Below the pieces are notes generated by a model. The model did no database searches. It had not been told where the DNA came from and saw only the letters and a list, made by a program, of their open reading frames with translations. A DNA stretch of 64,000 nucleotides from a virus: positions 1-64,000 of IMG/VR virus record IMGVR_UViG_3300017991_000077; one strand, written 5' to 3'. The translations under genes and the position numbers were made by a program. Numbering within the stretch: the stretch's first letter is position 1; every line of letters begins with the position of its first letter. Below are positions 38,573 through 47,998 of the stretch, piece by piece.

Positions 38573-39031
38573 ATGGCTGATGAATTTGAAGAACTAGCTC
38601 CAAAAATACCGAGAGAATATATCGATATTGCAGCATACAAACAGGATAAAGAATTCAAAGATGTTTCAAAAGAATGGGAAAAATTAAGAGAAGACCCAGA
38701 ATCTGAAAATATAGACCTTGATTTATTGCATCGGTTTTATTCTGAGCCAGTAAAAGTACATTTTGGCGAAGTTGAAGAAGGTGATCCAGAACCTGATTGG
38801 TTTTGGCATGTTCTAATTACTCGTGAACAGTGGTTGCAACGAATCAAAGATGAAAGATCCGTAATGGATTTTGAATTGCAGCCGATAACAATGAAAAAAC
38901 CTAAGCCAAATAAACCTACTGAATATCGACCTAGACATATGTTCGGTGGCGGTCAAAACGCCCATTTACCGAGAGAAAAACAGCCAGTAATTGAAGCTGA
39001 AGCACGAAGTCTAGAAATCAGAAAGGAATAA
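38573..39031 (+). CDS. hypothetical protein (possible fibre chaperone)
   Basis: Follows the fibre paralogs; ends with PRHMFGG pattern. Confidence 0.6.
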   Translation: MADEFEELAPKIPREYIDIAAYKQDKEFKDVSKEWEKLREDPESENIDLDLLHRFYSEPVKVHFGEVEEGDPEPDWFWHVLITREQWLQRIKDERSVMDFELQPITMKKPKPNKPTEYRPRHMFGGGQNAHLPREKQPVIEAEARSLEIRKE

Positions 39032-39034
39032 GTC

Positions 39035-40138
39035 ATGTCCGGTTTTGGTTTAGGGGCATATGGAATGGGTATACCCTACGGGTCGGTAGTCGCAGGAGGA
39101 CCTCAAGACTACAGGTCTTTAGGGGATTTCGATTTTTCTGCGGTGTCTCGGAGTGAAGGATATAAGATTCGGATTACTTTCACTATTCCGGCAATAGCTG
39201 ATGCTCCTCAGTGGATTCGTCGTTTACGCATTTTGAGGAAGACGGGAGAATGGCCGCAGTCTTGGGATGACGCAGATGCTCAAGAAGTGATCGACGATTA
39301 TTTCTTTACGGAGGCTACCCACTACATAGACCAAGACGAGTTGGTGCCAAGGCAGACTTATTATTATTCTTTGTTTGCGCTTCGAGATGACGGTACTTGG
39401 GTTAACGACAAGATTTACAACCGAGATTCCGCTTATCCCTATGATCGTTGGGGTTCGGGTTTGAATATGTTTGATTCGCTTCCAAGGGGATGGAGGTCAG
39501 CCGACGCAGACGAATCGGGAAACCCGTTAGAAAATTTCATGGCCATTTTTGGAGCTTTATCCGATAACATAAAGACCGATTGCGAAGCTCTTCTAGACCT
39601 CTTCGATATTGATGAACTGCACGATGACTTAGTGTATATCCAAGACAAACGAATCGGTTGGCCTACGTGGTATGCAGCAGGAGGATTGAAACGAAAGAAG
39701 GAAACCAAGGAGGCAGTAGATTTATACAAGCTTCTAGGCAGAGAAGTTGCGTATGAGCAGATGTTAGAAGAGGTTTCTGGATGGGATGCTTCTATCGAAG
39801 AGGGTTGGAAATATATCATGTGGTCTACAGATCTTGAGTGCACTACTCCAGATACTACGCTTCCAGGAATCATCACAGACCAAGGTACTCAAGATGATCT
39901 TCTGAAGTATACAAACGATAATAATTCGTGGCATTCAGCAAACGGGTTGGGATTATTCATGTCAGAGATTTTGACGGTTTCTGATGATCTCTCGCAAGAA
40001 ATGGTAGATAGATTTGAAGAGCTTCTTGACTGGGGCAAGGCCGGTTTTGTAACGGCTGACTTGATTGTATCCCCAAAGACAGAAGAGATTTGGTACTCAA
40101 ATTGGGTTATCGAAGACTGGGATGACGTAATCAGCTAG
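39035..40138 (+). CDS. baseplate wedge protein (tail protein I-like, partner of baseplate J)
   Basis: MSGFGLGAYG..; YYYSLF FN3-like part; LPRGWR.AD...LENFM..FG...IGW...AVDLYKLLG. Confidence 0.7.
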   Translation: MSGFGLGAYGMGIPYGSVVAGGPQDYRSLGDFDFSAVSRSEGYKIRITFTIPAIADAPQWIRRLRILRKTGEWPQSWDDADAQEVIDDYFFTEATHYIDQDELVPRQTYYYSLFALRDDGTWVNDKIYNRDSAYPYDRWGSGLNMFDSLPRGWRSADADESGNPLENFMAIFGALSDNIKTDCEALLDLFDIDELHDDLVYIQDKRIGWPTWYAAGGLKRKKETKEAVDLYKLLGREVAYEQMLEEVSGWDASIEEGWKYIMWSTDLECTTPDTTLPGIITDQGTQDDLLKYTNDNNSWHSANGLGLFMSEILTVSDDLSQEMVDRFEELLDWGKAGFVTADLIVSPKTEEIWYSNWVIEDWDDVIS

Positions 40139-40147
40139 GCGAGGTAT

Positions 40148-40675
40148 GTGATGAAGATAGTCGGGCGTTGGAAAGACAGGTGCTGTAAAAACGGTAGGTG
40201 GTATGACGGGGAACACGGTAAATTCGAATGGGATTTTAATCAGATTCAGAACACTTTTGCCACGTTACTCACGTGTTGGCTTAGAGAAGAAGCAGGCTAC
40301 AATCGAATAGGCTATATGGGCATCGGGTCTGGATTGATTGGTTGGGATACGTCCCCTCCAGCACAGCCTTACAGCCAAACAGCCTTGACCACCGAGTATG
40401 CGAGAATGACCATCGCTCAAGTAGACTTAGTTTTTATTGACCCAGCTACAGACCTCCCTACAGGTGGTACTCCGAGTTCTAAGATAGAGATTACCGTCAA
40501 CATGGGTGCGGGCGATGCCAACGGTACGATGAGAGAATTTGGACTATTCGGAGGCACGGCTACCGCGGCTTTAGATTCAGGGGAAATGGTAAATTGGGTT
40601 GTTCACAACAAAATTATCAAGTCACCAGCGATATCGATTCAACGCAAAGTCAGGATTGAATTCCAGACAAACTAG
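40148..40675 (+). CDS. tail collar / fibre-attachment protein
   Basis: YMGIGSG...QTALTTEYAR...ANGTMREFGLFGG motif. Confidence 0.7.
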   Translation: MMKIVGRWKDRCCKNGRWYDGEHGKFEWDFNQIQNTFATLLTCWLREEAGYNRIGYMGIGSGLIGWDTSPPAQPYSQTALTTEYARMTIAQVDLVFIDPATDLPTGGTPSSKIEITVNMGAGDANGTMREFGLFGGTATAALDSGEMVNWVVHNKIIKSPAISIQRKVRIEFQTN

Positions 40676-40684
40676 GAGAAAGAC

Positions 40685-43177
40685 ATGTCAGGGAATACGC
40701 CAAATATCAGCCGAGACAGTTTTGTATTTGGAAAACTGTACGATAGAGTAACGCTTCAGCAAGGAGTGCCTATACCAGATTCAGACTGGAATGAGCTGGC
40801 CGACGTTCTTTCCATGTCGCAGATCCTTGGAGGAATCTATACGCAGCGTGACGGAGTTTTCGGGCCGAACCCCACCGCAGCAATAGATTCAGGTTATCGA
40901 GTCATAGAAGCTTCAGCTCCTTCTCAGAATTTCGAAATCGAGGCCGGTTGGGCGATGGTTAAAGGCGTTTTAGTGCCTACGGTTTTAGGACATCCACCGA
41001 CAGACCACGATTATGAAGATGATACGAACCTCATGGGAGAAGGAACGGTCACGAGTACTGCCGTAGGCGGAACTGGATCTCAGTTGACCGATTCTTCCAA
41101 GTATTGGGAAACATTTCATAGTTTGGCCGGATGTCGGGTGAAGATGACTTCAGGGGCCGAAAGCGGAAACACCTTCGAAATCCTTAGTCGAACGAACAAC
41201 ACGACTTTTGAGTTGACCACGGTAGAAGCCGGAATCGTAGCCACCGATACCTTTATCATAAAGCCACCAGCGTTGACTTCAGCTGTGGCAGTTCCTCGGA
41301 CAGATGAAGTTTACATCATGGTTTGGTGGGAAGATATTAACGAAGACGAAGATTCGAATTGCGTTCATGCTGGCTTGAACATTGAAACGAGTCATAGAAG
41401 ACAACGGAGATGGTGTGTTCGAGTAGCTGAAGGTGGGTCTACTCCGTCAACAGTCGATGCCCACAGTTTCGATGCTCGGTATCTGAAGATAGCTGAGTTT
41501 GTACGGCCAGCAGCTACCGCAAATATTCTGACCGCTCATATTACCCAAGAAGTCTTTTCTGATTACATTGAGACAGGTCGAATATCTGTAAATCCGATTG
41601 CTGCTTACGGAAGTTATCCCGCAATCACAGCCGTAGGAAGTGGCACTGGGGAAGGTCTCAATGTTACAGGCGGCGCAACCAGCGGAAAAGGAATTATTGC
41701 GTTAGGTATCAGTACTGGGGAAGGAATTCATACCACGGGAGGAAGCGTCGGCGGTAGTGGAGTGACAGCCGTAGGTGGAGCAACAAACGGCGACGGAATT
41801 ACCTCCACAGGTGGAGCGACAAACGGCAAAGGAATCGTTTCTCAGGGAACAGGAACAGGAGCCGGTATCCAAGCAACCGGTGGAGTTTCAGCAGCAACAG
41901 GTGTTTTAGCCTACGGAGGAGCAAGCGGTGGTGTAGGAATAATTGCCACAGGAGGAGCTACTAGTGGTGTAGGAGGAGAGTTCGCTGGGGGATCTCCAGA
42001 CGGCGGTGGTCTTGTAGCTATTGGCGACGGTACCGGGGTAGGAGTTATTGCAGTAGGTGGAGATACTAGTGGAACAGGTCTCAATGCTACAGGTGGAAGT
42101 CCCAATGGGTATGGGATGGTCGTTGAGGGAACCGGATCTGGGCGAGGCATACAAGCGTCAGGTGGAGCTACAGGCGGCCCAGGTATTGTAGCGCTAGGAG
42201 GAGCGAGTAGTGGAGAAGGAATCATTACTACAGGGGGGACCCCAAACGGTATAGCCTTACTTGCTACAGGAGACGGTACCGGAGAGGCTATCGATGCTAC
42301 CGGAGGAGATTCTGACGGCGATGCAATAAAGGCGACAGGGGGAGCCACAAACGGTCATGGCGTTGTAGCAACCGGAGCGGGAACAGGTGAAGGTGTTGTT
42401 GGAATAGGAGGAACTACTAACGCAGCTGGCGTTGCCGGAATTGGTGGAGTCACTAATGGCATGGGAGTTTCGGGAACGGGAGCGGGAACAGGTATGGGAG
42501 TTTATGCGTTAGGAGGTTCGAGCGGTGGAGATGGTGTTTGGGGTGTAGGTCAAGGTGGCGGCGATGGAGTAAATGCAACAGGCAACGGTGCCGGCAGAGG
42601 AGTTTATGCGTTAGGCGGAAGTACGAGTGGCATTGGATTATTCGGTACGGGAGGATCTCCTAATGGTTCGGGTGTAAAAGGACAAGGTACAGGGACAGGA
42701 GATGGCGTACATGGAACTGGGGGACCGTCGGCAGGTAATAATGGCGTCGTAGGCGTAGGTGGCGGCGTCACGAGCGGTGTAGGGGTTCACGGAACCGGAT
42801 CGGGCATCGGTGCAGGAGTTCAGGGATATGGAGGTTCTGGGGGCGGTAACGGCGTAATGGCTTACGGGTATAGTGGAGGTTTTGGTATATATTCTGTCGG
42901 AAGTGCGGCCGCAGAAGGGGTCTATTCAATAGGTGGAACCTCAAATGGTTCTGGAGTAAAAGGTGTGGGAGGAGCTACCAACGGTGTCGGCGTTCAGGGA
43001 CAAGGAACAGGAACCGGGGCCGGAGTATATGCAACGTCAACAGGCAACGCAGCTCCTCTTAGAATAGAACTCACTGCAGGAGACCCAGCCGCTCCAAATG
43101 AAGGCGACATATGGATTACGGGAAATGTGATGCATTTCTATTCGGGCGGAGCAATAAGAACAGTTACGCATACGTAA
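40685..43177 (+). CDS. tail fibre with DUF6519-like N-terminus and Gly-rich beta-repeat shaft
   Basis: ISRDSF...YDRVTLQQGVPIPDSDWNE; RTDEVYI.VW..DI...ED...ETSHR; about 490 aa of G.G..A.GG repeats. Confidence 0.8.
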   Translation: MSGNTPNISRDSFVFGKLYDRVTLQQGVPIPDSDWNELADVLSMSQILGGIYTQRDGVFGPNPTAAIDSGYRVIEASAPSQNFEIEAGWAMVKGVLVPTVLGHPPTDHDYEDDTNLMGEGTVTSTAVGGTGSQLTDSSKYWETFHSLAGCRVKMTSGAESGNTFEILSRTNNTTFELTTVEAGIVATDTFIIKPPALTSAVAVPRTDEVYIMVWWEDINEDEDSNCVHAGLNIETSHRRQRRWCVRVAEGGSTPSTVDAHSFDARYLKIAEFVRPAATANILTAHITQEVFSDYIETGRISVNPIAAYGSYPAITAVGSGTGEGLNVTGGATSGKGIIALGISTGEGIHTTGGSVGGSGVTAVGGATNGDGITSTGGATNGKGIVSQGTGTGAGIQATGGVSAATGVLAYGGASGGVGIIATGGATSGVGGEFAGGSPDGGGLVAIGDGTGVGVIAVGGDTSGTGLNATGGSPNGYGMVVEGTGSGRGIQASGGATGGPGIVALGGASSGEGIITTGGTPNGIALLATGDGTGEAIDATGGDSDGDAIKATGGATNGHGVVATGAGTGEGVVGIGGTTNAAGVAGIGGVTNGMGVSGTGAGTGMGVYALGGSSGGDGVWGVGQGGGDGVNATGNGAGRGVYALGGSTSGIGLFGTGGSPNGSGVKGQGTGTGDGVHGTGGPSAGNNGVVGVGGGVTSGVGVHGTGSGIGAGVQGYGGSGGGNGVMAYGYSGGFGIYSVGSAAAEGVYSIGGTSNGSGVKGVGGATNGVGVQGQGTGTGAGVYATSTGNAAPLRIELTAGDPAAPNEGDIWITGNVMHFYSGGAIRTVTHT

Positions 43178-43181
43178 AAAG

Positions 43182-43210
43182 TTGCAGGCTCATTAACGAG
43201 CCAGTATCTT
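43182..43210 (+). promoter_or_regulatory. possible promoter of the repeat-protein unit
   Basis: TTGCAG-N17-TATCTT, with a GGCTC/GAGCC inverted repeat in the spacer. Confidence 0.35.
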
Positions 43211-43257
43211 TAGATAAGGCCATTGTCTCAGGCTAATGGGACGTAAGGAGGTAAGAG

Positions 43258-45999
43258 ATGGGTCAGAGTATTAGTAAACTGGACATCATCGCGATTACTG
43301 CAAGTAACGCTGCAGCTACCAAGCTATGGGAGTTTCTTCGGGATCTCCGAGAAGACGCAGCGAACGCTATCGCAGGAATCACAACGGTATTCCACAAAAC
43401 TCAGTTGGGCAGTTCTGTAGAGGACACAGCGAATGCGTCGGACTTAGCGACGGCGTATACACTTGCGAATTCCCTAAAGGCGAAGCTCAACATTCACTTG
43501 GCATCGACAGGTACTACGGGGGCGCACGCAGCGGCTTCCGCAGGGTCTATCACTGCAGCCAATGCAACCACAAGGGAGACTCTAGTTACGCTGCTCAACG
43601 AGTTGAAGGCTGATTACAATACCCATCTCACGGAGTCAGGTGTTCACTTAGTCAACGATTCGACTAACTCGACATCTTCAGCTGACGGTATGGGTCTTTC
43701 AGATCTTTACGATTTGGCCAACGATGTCAAAGCTCAGTACAACGCACACCGGGTAGAAGCGACCGTGCATAAGACCAATGACACTACCAACATAGTGTCT
43801 TCGGCAGATGCAACGGATCTATCTTCGGCGTTGACTCTGTTGAATGAGATCGACACCGATTATTCGGCGCACATTGGAACGGCAGATGTTCACGATGTAG
43901 CGGATTCGACGAATGTAGTCACTTCGGCTGATGCAACGACCAGAGATACTCTGGTCACTTTGCTTAACGAGCTGAAGACTGACTATAACGCACACCGGTC
44001 TCAAGCCACCGTGCACGCAGTGAACGATTCGGCCAATGCGGTAACCCATGCGGCCGGAAATCTGGCCACAGACCTCTATGACTTGGCCAACGACGTCAAA
44101 GCTCAGTACAACGCTCACAGAACTCAGGCCACTGTTCACAAGACCAACGATACTACAAATGTAGTAACCGCGGCCGACGCAACAGACTTGGCTTCTCTTC
44201 AGACTTTGCTTAACGACATCGACACTCAGTATGCTGCACACTGCGCCACCGCAGATGTTCACGATGCTGCGGATTCAACCAATGTCATAGCCTCTGCGGA
44301 CGCGACGACAAGAGACACCTTGGCCACTTTGCTCAACGAGTTGAAGTTGGACATCAATGCACACAGATCGCAGGCAAGTGTTCACGCAGTGAATGACACT
44401 TCGAATGCGATCACGGCAGCCGACACCAATTTGGCTTCGGATCTTTACGATCTGGCCAACGACATCAAGACTCAGTACAACGCACACTTGAGCGAAGCGA
44501 CGGTTCACTCCACGGACGATGCAGTGAATACGGTTGTCGCAGCAAATGCGACCGACCAGGCCACGCTCGAGACTTTACTCAACGAGATCAAAGTCGACTA
44601 CAACATTCACAGAGCGCTGGGCGCAGTTCATGATGCGGCCGACTCGACGAACGATGTCTCCTCGGCGAATGCTTCGGACTTGGCCTCGACTCAGACTCTG
44701 TTGAATGAATTGAAAACAGACTACAATGCACACAGAACCCAGGCTTCAGTTCACCCAGTGAACGACACTACCAACGTTATCGTAGCAGCCAATGCTTCGG
44801 ACTTGGCAACATCGATCACGCTGGCGAATGAGTTGAAAACAGACTTCAATCTCCACTTGGCAGAAGCCACAGTCCACACCACGGATGACACGAAGAATGT
44901 AGTTTCGACTACAAATGCTTCGGACCTCCCGACAGCACAGGCTTTGGCCAACGCCCTAAAAGCGGCCTACAATCTCCACCGGGTTTTAGTGGCAACGCAC
45001 TTGATCCCAGACGCAACGAACATTATCGCTTCGGCCAATGCATCCGACTTGGATACGGCCATCGCACTGGCGAACGAGATTGCGGCGGATTTCGATCTGC
45101 ACCGGTCTCAGGTAGGCGTTCACCCAGTTGCAGATGCAGTGAACGACGTTACGGAAGATCTGGCCACGACTTTGGCTCAGATGGTGACGTTCGTGAATGA
45201 GGTCAAGACCGACTACAACGCGCACCTTTCACAGTCCACAGTTCACACCACAGACGACGCGACCAATGTGGCTTCTTCTGCCAATGCATCGGATGAGTCT
45301 TCGGCTTACACCTTAGCTAACGAGATAAAAGCCGATTACAACGCCCACCGGGTTCTCACCGGTATGCACGAGCTGGCAGATGCGACTAACACAATCGCTG
45401 CGGCGGCTGCTTCGGACTTGGACACTTCTATCGCTCTGGCGAATGAGCTGGCTACAGACTTCGATCTTCACCGAGTGGAGACTGGAGTTCACGCGGTCGA
45501 CGATGCGGTAAACGACGTCACCCAGGACCAGGCGACAGCCCTCGCAGAGGCAGTGGCTTTTGTGAACGAAATCAAGGCAGACTACACAGCGCACCTTTCG
45601 CAGTCTACGGTTCACACATCGGACGATGGAACCAACACCATTGCGGCAGCGGACGCCACAGACCAGGCTTCGGCATTCACTCTGGCCAACGAGTTGAAGG
45701 CTGATTACAACCTACACCGGGCGACGACGGGTGTTCACGAGATCCAAGATTCTACGAACACCATTTCAGCTCCTTCGGCGACAGACCTCGATACTGCTAT
45801 CGATTTGGCCAACGAGTTGGCAGCAGATTTCGATGTACACAGAACCCAGGCCGGCGTTCACGCAGTGGACGATACAACCAACGATGTCACTGAGTCTCTT
45901 GCATCCACGGATGCAGCTCTCGTGACCCTAGTGAATGAATTGAAGACTGACAACAACGCCCACGTTATTTCGGCGATGACATCAGCAATCATTGAGTAA
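43258..45999 (+). CDS. 913-aa protein of 21 His-rich 41-aa repeats (probable virion fibre or decoration protein)
   Basis: Repeat consensus ADATDL.T..TLANELKADYNAHR....VH...D.TN; AAGGAGG RBS; capsid-like codon usage. Confidence 0.85.
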   Translation: MGQSISKLDIIAITASNAAATKLWEFLRDLREDAANAIAGITTVFHKTQLGSSVEDTANASDLATAYTLANSLKAKLNIHLASTGTTGAHAAASAGSITAANATTRETLVTLLNELKADYNTHLTESGVHLVNDSTNSTSSADGMGLSDLYDLANDVKAQYNAHRVEATVHKTNDTTNIVSSADATDLSSALTLLNEIDTDYSAHIGTADVHDVADSTNVVTSADATTRDTLVTLLNELKTDYNAHRSQATVHAVNDSANAVTHAAGNLATDLYDLANDVKAQYNAHRTQATVHKTNDTTNVVTAADATDLASLQTLLNDIDTQYAAHCATADVHDAADSTNVIASADATTRDTLATLLNELKLDINAHRSQASVHAVNDTSNAITAADTNLASDLYDLANDIKTQYNAHLSEATVHSTDDAVNTVVAANATDQATLETLLNEIKVDYNIHRALGAVHDAADSTNDVSSANASDLASTQTLLNELKTDYNAHRTQASVHPVNDTTNVIVAANASDLATSITLANELKTDFNLHLAEATVHTTDDTKNVVSTTNASDLPTAQALANALKAAYNLHRVLVATHLIPDATNIIASANASDLDTAIALANEIAADFDLHRSQVGVHPVADAVNDVTEDLATTLAQMVTFVNEVKTDYNAHLSQSTVHTTDDATNVASSANASDESSAYTLANEIKADYNAHRVLTGMHELADATNTIAAAAASDLDTSIALANELATDFDLHRVETGVHAVDDAVNDVTQDQATALAEAVAFVNEIKADYTAHLSQSTVHTSDDGTNTIAAADATDQASAFTLANELKADYNLHRATTGVHEIQDSTNTISAPSATDLDTAIDLANELAADFDVHRTQAGVHAVDDTTNDVTESLASTDAALVTLVNELKTDNNAHVISAMTSAIIE

Positions 46000-46037
46000 C
46001 CTATCGATCAAAAGTATCGATTAGAAGGAGGCTCCAA

Positions 46038-46427
46038 ATGGCTCTAAGAATTGGATATGATTTGTTTTCCGGCGCATCGCAGGCAGGTATCGACAACAGT
46101 GTTCCCGGTGTTGTCCAGGTAGAGACGGCCAAGGCTCTCAAGTACAAGTTGAAGATCCAGAGACTTGCCGACAACAAGGAATGGAACACGACTACCGGCG
46201 CTTGGGCAACAGCCACCGTAGCAGAAGCCGACGAATTAGATTTCGAGGGTTCGGTTACATCTTCGGGCAATGTCCCAGCGATTCGCAGAATTTCGATGCG
46301 GATTCCAGCAGAGGCTCTTGTCGGAATCGACGCGGACGGTTGCATTATCACAGCCTACGCTACCGGCGATACACCCTCTTCGGCCGGTGTCGCAATGACA
46401 CTTGCATTTAAGCCAACCACGCTGTAG
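46038..46427 (+). CDS. hypothetical beta-rich protein co-transcribed with the repeat protein
   Basis: AAGGAGG RBS; same codon style. Confidence 0.7.
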   Translation: MALRIGYDLFSGASQAGIDNSVPGVVQVETAKALKYKLKIQRLADNKEWNTTTGAWATATVAEADELDFEGSVTSSGNVPAIRRISMRIPAEALVGIDADGCIITAYATGDTPSSAGVAMTLAFKPTTL

Positions 46428-46462
46428 CATTAATAGACCATTGTTTGTTTGTTCCTTTCTTC

Positions 46463-46517
46463 GTCCATCGAGTGATCGCCCTCCCCAAGCCCTTGCTCGG
46501 TGGACATTTTTATTTTT
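46463..46517 (+). terminator. intrinsic terminator
   Basis: 13-bp stem GTCCATCGAGTGA/TTGCTCGGTGGAC (with G-U pairs) followed by ATTTTTATTTTT. Confidence 0.65.
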
Positions 46518-46556
46518 CCAGTTTTAGAGTATAATTTCGAATGAAGGAGGAAAGTT

Positions 46557-46943
46557 ATGGAAACACTACAAGGATTTATAGAGTTTCTGTCCACGACAGT
46601 TTGGGTTCATTGGCCCATTCTGATGTGGATTGTCGTCCTATCGATGTTAGCTCAGATCGTAAAGACCAGGATTTGCACCGTAGACCTAGCGAGGAAAAAT
46701 GTAGCAATCTTTTGGGTGAGGAGGATCTTCCCGATAATTTTGCTTTTGATGGGTTTAGTCATGGGGGCGATATGGCCCGGGGAATCTTCACCCGGTGTAG
46801 TAGGGCGTACGTATAATATGCTCTATTTTGCGGGGGGCTCGGCCATGTCCATTACTTTCTTTAACGTATTGAAACAATGGATAAAGCGAAAGTACGACGT
46901 AGAAATTGGCCTGCTAGGAAGTGCTTATCCGCCGAAGCCATGA
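46557..46943 (+). CDS. putative holin (three hydrophobic helices)
   Basis: 128 aa, 3 predicted TM segments, basic C-terminal part; AAGGAGG RBS; TATAAT at 46530. Confidence 0.55.
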   Translation: METLQGFIEFLSTTVWVHWPILMWIVVLSMLAQIVKTRICTVDLARKNVAIFWVRRIFPIILLLMGLVMGAIWPGESSPGVVGRTYNMLYFAGGSAMSITFFNVLKQWIKRKYDVEIGLLGSAYPPKP

Positions 46944-47272
46944 TATTTCAAAAAATCAAGAAAGCCGCATTGTGGATTGTCGGAATACTGGCAATCATAG
47001 TTGGAATCCTATTTGCACTAGACTACGAGAAAGGAAAAGTAGCCCGGCTGAAGGCAGAGGTTGCCATAGCGAAAGCTCGAGAGAAACTTCAGCATCTAGA
47101 AATACAGAAGAAATCCCTTTTAGAACAAGAAAGGCAAATCGGGCGTAAGGATTCGAATCTTGGAAAACGTTTGGCAAGTTTAGATTCTGAGATTCAGAAA
47201 GTGAAGTCAGATGTTAAGAAGAAAACGAGTGCAGAAATTGTTCAGAGGCTTAACGAAATATATCGTCGTTAG
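46940..47272 (+). CDS. putative inner-membrane spanin-like protein
   Basis: N-terminal TM (ALWIVGILAIIVGILFAL) plus coiled coil; ATG 46940 overlaps the holin stop. Confidence 0.5.
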   Translation: MIFQKIKKAALWIVGILAIIVGILFALDYEKGKVARLKAEVAIAKAREKLQHLEIQKKSLLEQERQIGRKDSNLGKRLASLDSEIQKVKSDVKKKTSAEIVQRLNEIYRR

Positions 47273-47690
47273 TTGGCTGCTTCTCATACCGTCGAGTGTT
47301 CTTGCCGAAGGTACGGACGCTTTGACTAAAGCCATTTCTTTGGAATACGAAGGCGAAGAAGGAATGTGGTTTCCTTCGGACATGGTTTCAGACATGCTTT
47401 TCGACATAGAACTCGCCCGAGTACTCCAAACGAAAGTAGATGTTTTAGAAGAAAGGGTTCGGGCTAAGGAGGATCGGATAATTCTTTGGAAGGATATTAA
47501 CAAGAAGTCCGAAGAGAAGCAGCTCGAGACGATGAAAATACTCGATAAGTCTATTGAAAAGTATGAAAAAATGGACCTTGCGAAGAATAAATGGTGGAAA
47601 CATCCGGCTTTATGGGTGAGTGTGGGCGTCGTTTTGACCGTTTTGGTGCAAGTAGGATCTACGCAACTATTCAAAGCTATTGACGATTAG
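47211..47690 (+). CDS. putative spanin-partner: signal peptide, coiled coil, C-terminal TM
   Basis: Overlaps the previous gene; ends WWKHPALWVSVGVVLTVLV; no lipobox Cys seen. Confidence 0.45.
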   Translation: MLRRKRVQKLFRGLTKYIVVSWLLLIPSSVLAEGTDALTKAISLEYEGEEGMWFPSDMVSDMLFDIELARVLQTKVDVLEERVRAKEDRIILWKDINKKSEEKQLETMKILDKSIEKYEKMDLAKNKWWKHPALWVSVGVVLTVLVQVGSTQLFKAIDD

Positions 47691-47730
47691 ACTATAACTG
47701 TACTTTTTTCATAAGACCCTAAATTATCTA

Positions 47731-47759
47731 TTTACAAAAATCCAACCATTCAATATCCT
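47731..47759 (+). promoter_or_regulatory. possible promoter of the replication leader
   Basis: TTTACA-N17-TATCCT in an AT-rich intergenic stretch; second candidate TTGAAC-N16-TATAAT at 47843-47870. Confidence 0.45.
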
Positions 47760-47769
47760 TATTTTACCT

Positions 47770-47990
47770 TTTCCTACGAGGTGTTAGTGGAACCGTTAAA
47801 GGTAGAAGTAGTGACTCTATCTAGAAGAAGTGGTTAATTTGGTTGAACGAAACACCAGTTGCCCTATAATCAAAATTGGCCGTCTCGGCATCGAGACCCC
47901 GTTGGTGATTGGTCGGGTCCTCATTCGAGGTGTTCTAACTACTTCGCCTGATTCAATCGTAGGAGCCAACGGGGTTTTCTTTTTCTCGGG
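47770..47990 (+). ncRNA. structured cis-regulatory leader / attenuator upstream of the replication initiator
   Basis: Stem 47893-47905/47966-47978 followed by a U-tract; hairpin 47832-47881; several alternative long-range complementarities. Confidence 0.55.
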
Positions 47991-47998
47991 AGATTCAT

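Noticed and set aside
41600-43050. Gly-rich region as collagen or PE-PGRS
   Set aside because: No Gly-X-Y triplet period; the 12-14-aa G.G..A.GG repeats fit a beta-repeat fibre shaft
13768-43177. Stand-alone eCIS or tailocin locus
   Set aside because: It is contiguous with terminase, portal, capsid and replication genes, so it is a phage tail
46441-46470. Complementarity to the P3 transcript leader (CGATGGACGA at ~4070)
   Set aside because: Only a 10-nt exact match plus low-complexity flanks; expected by chance in 64 kb
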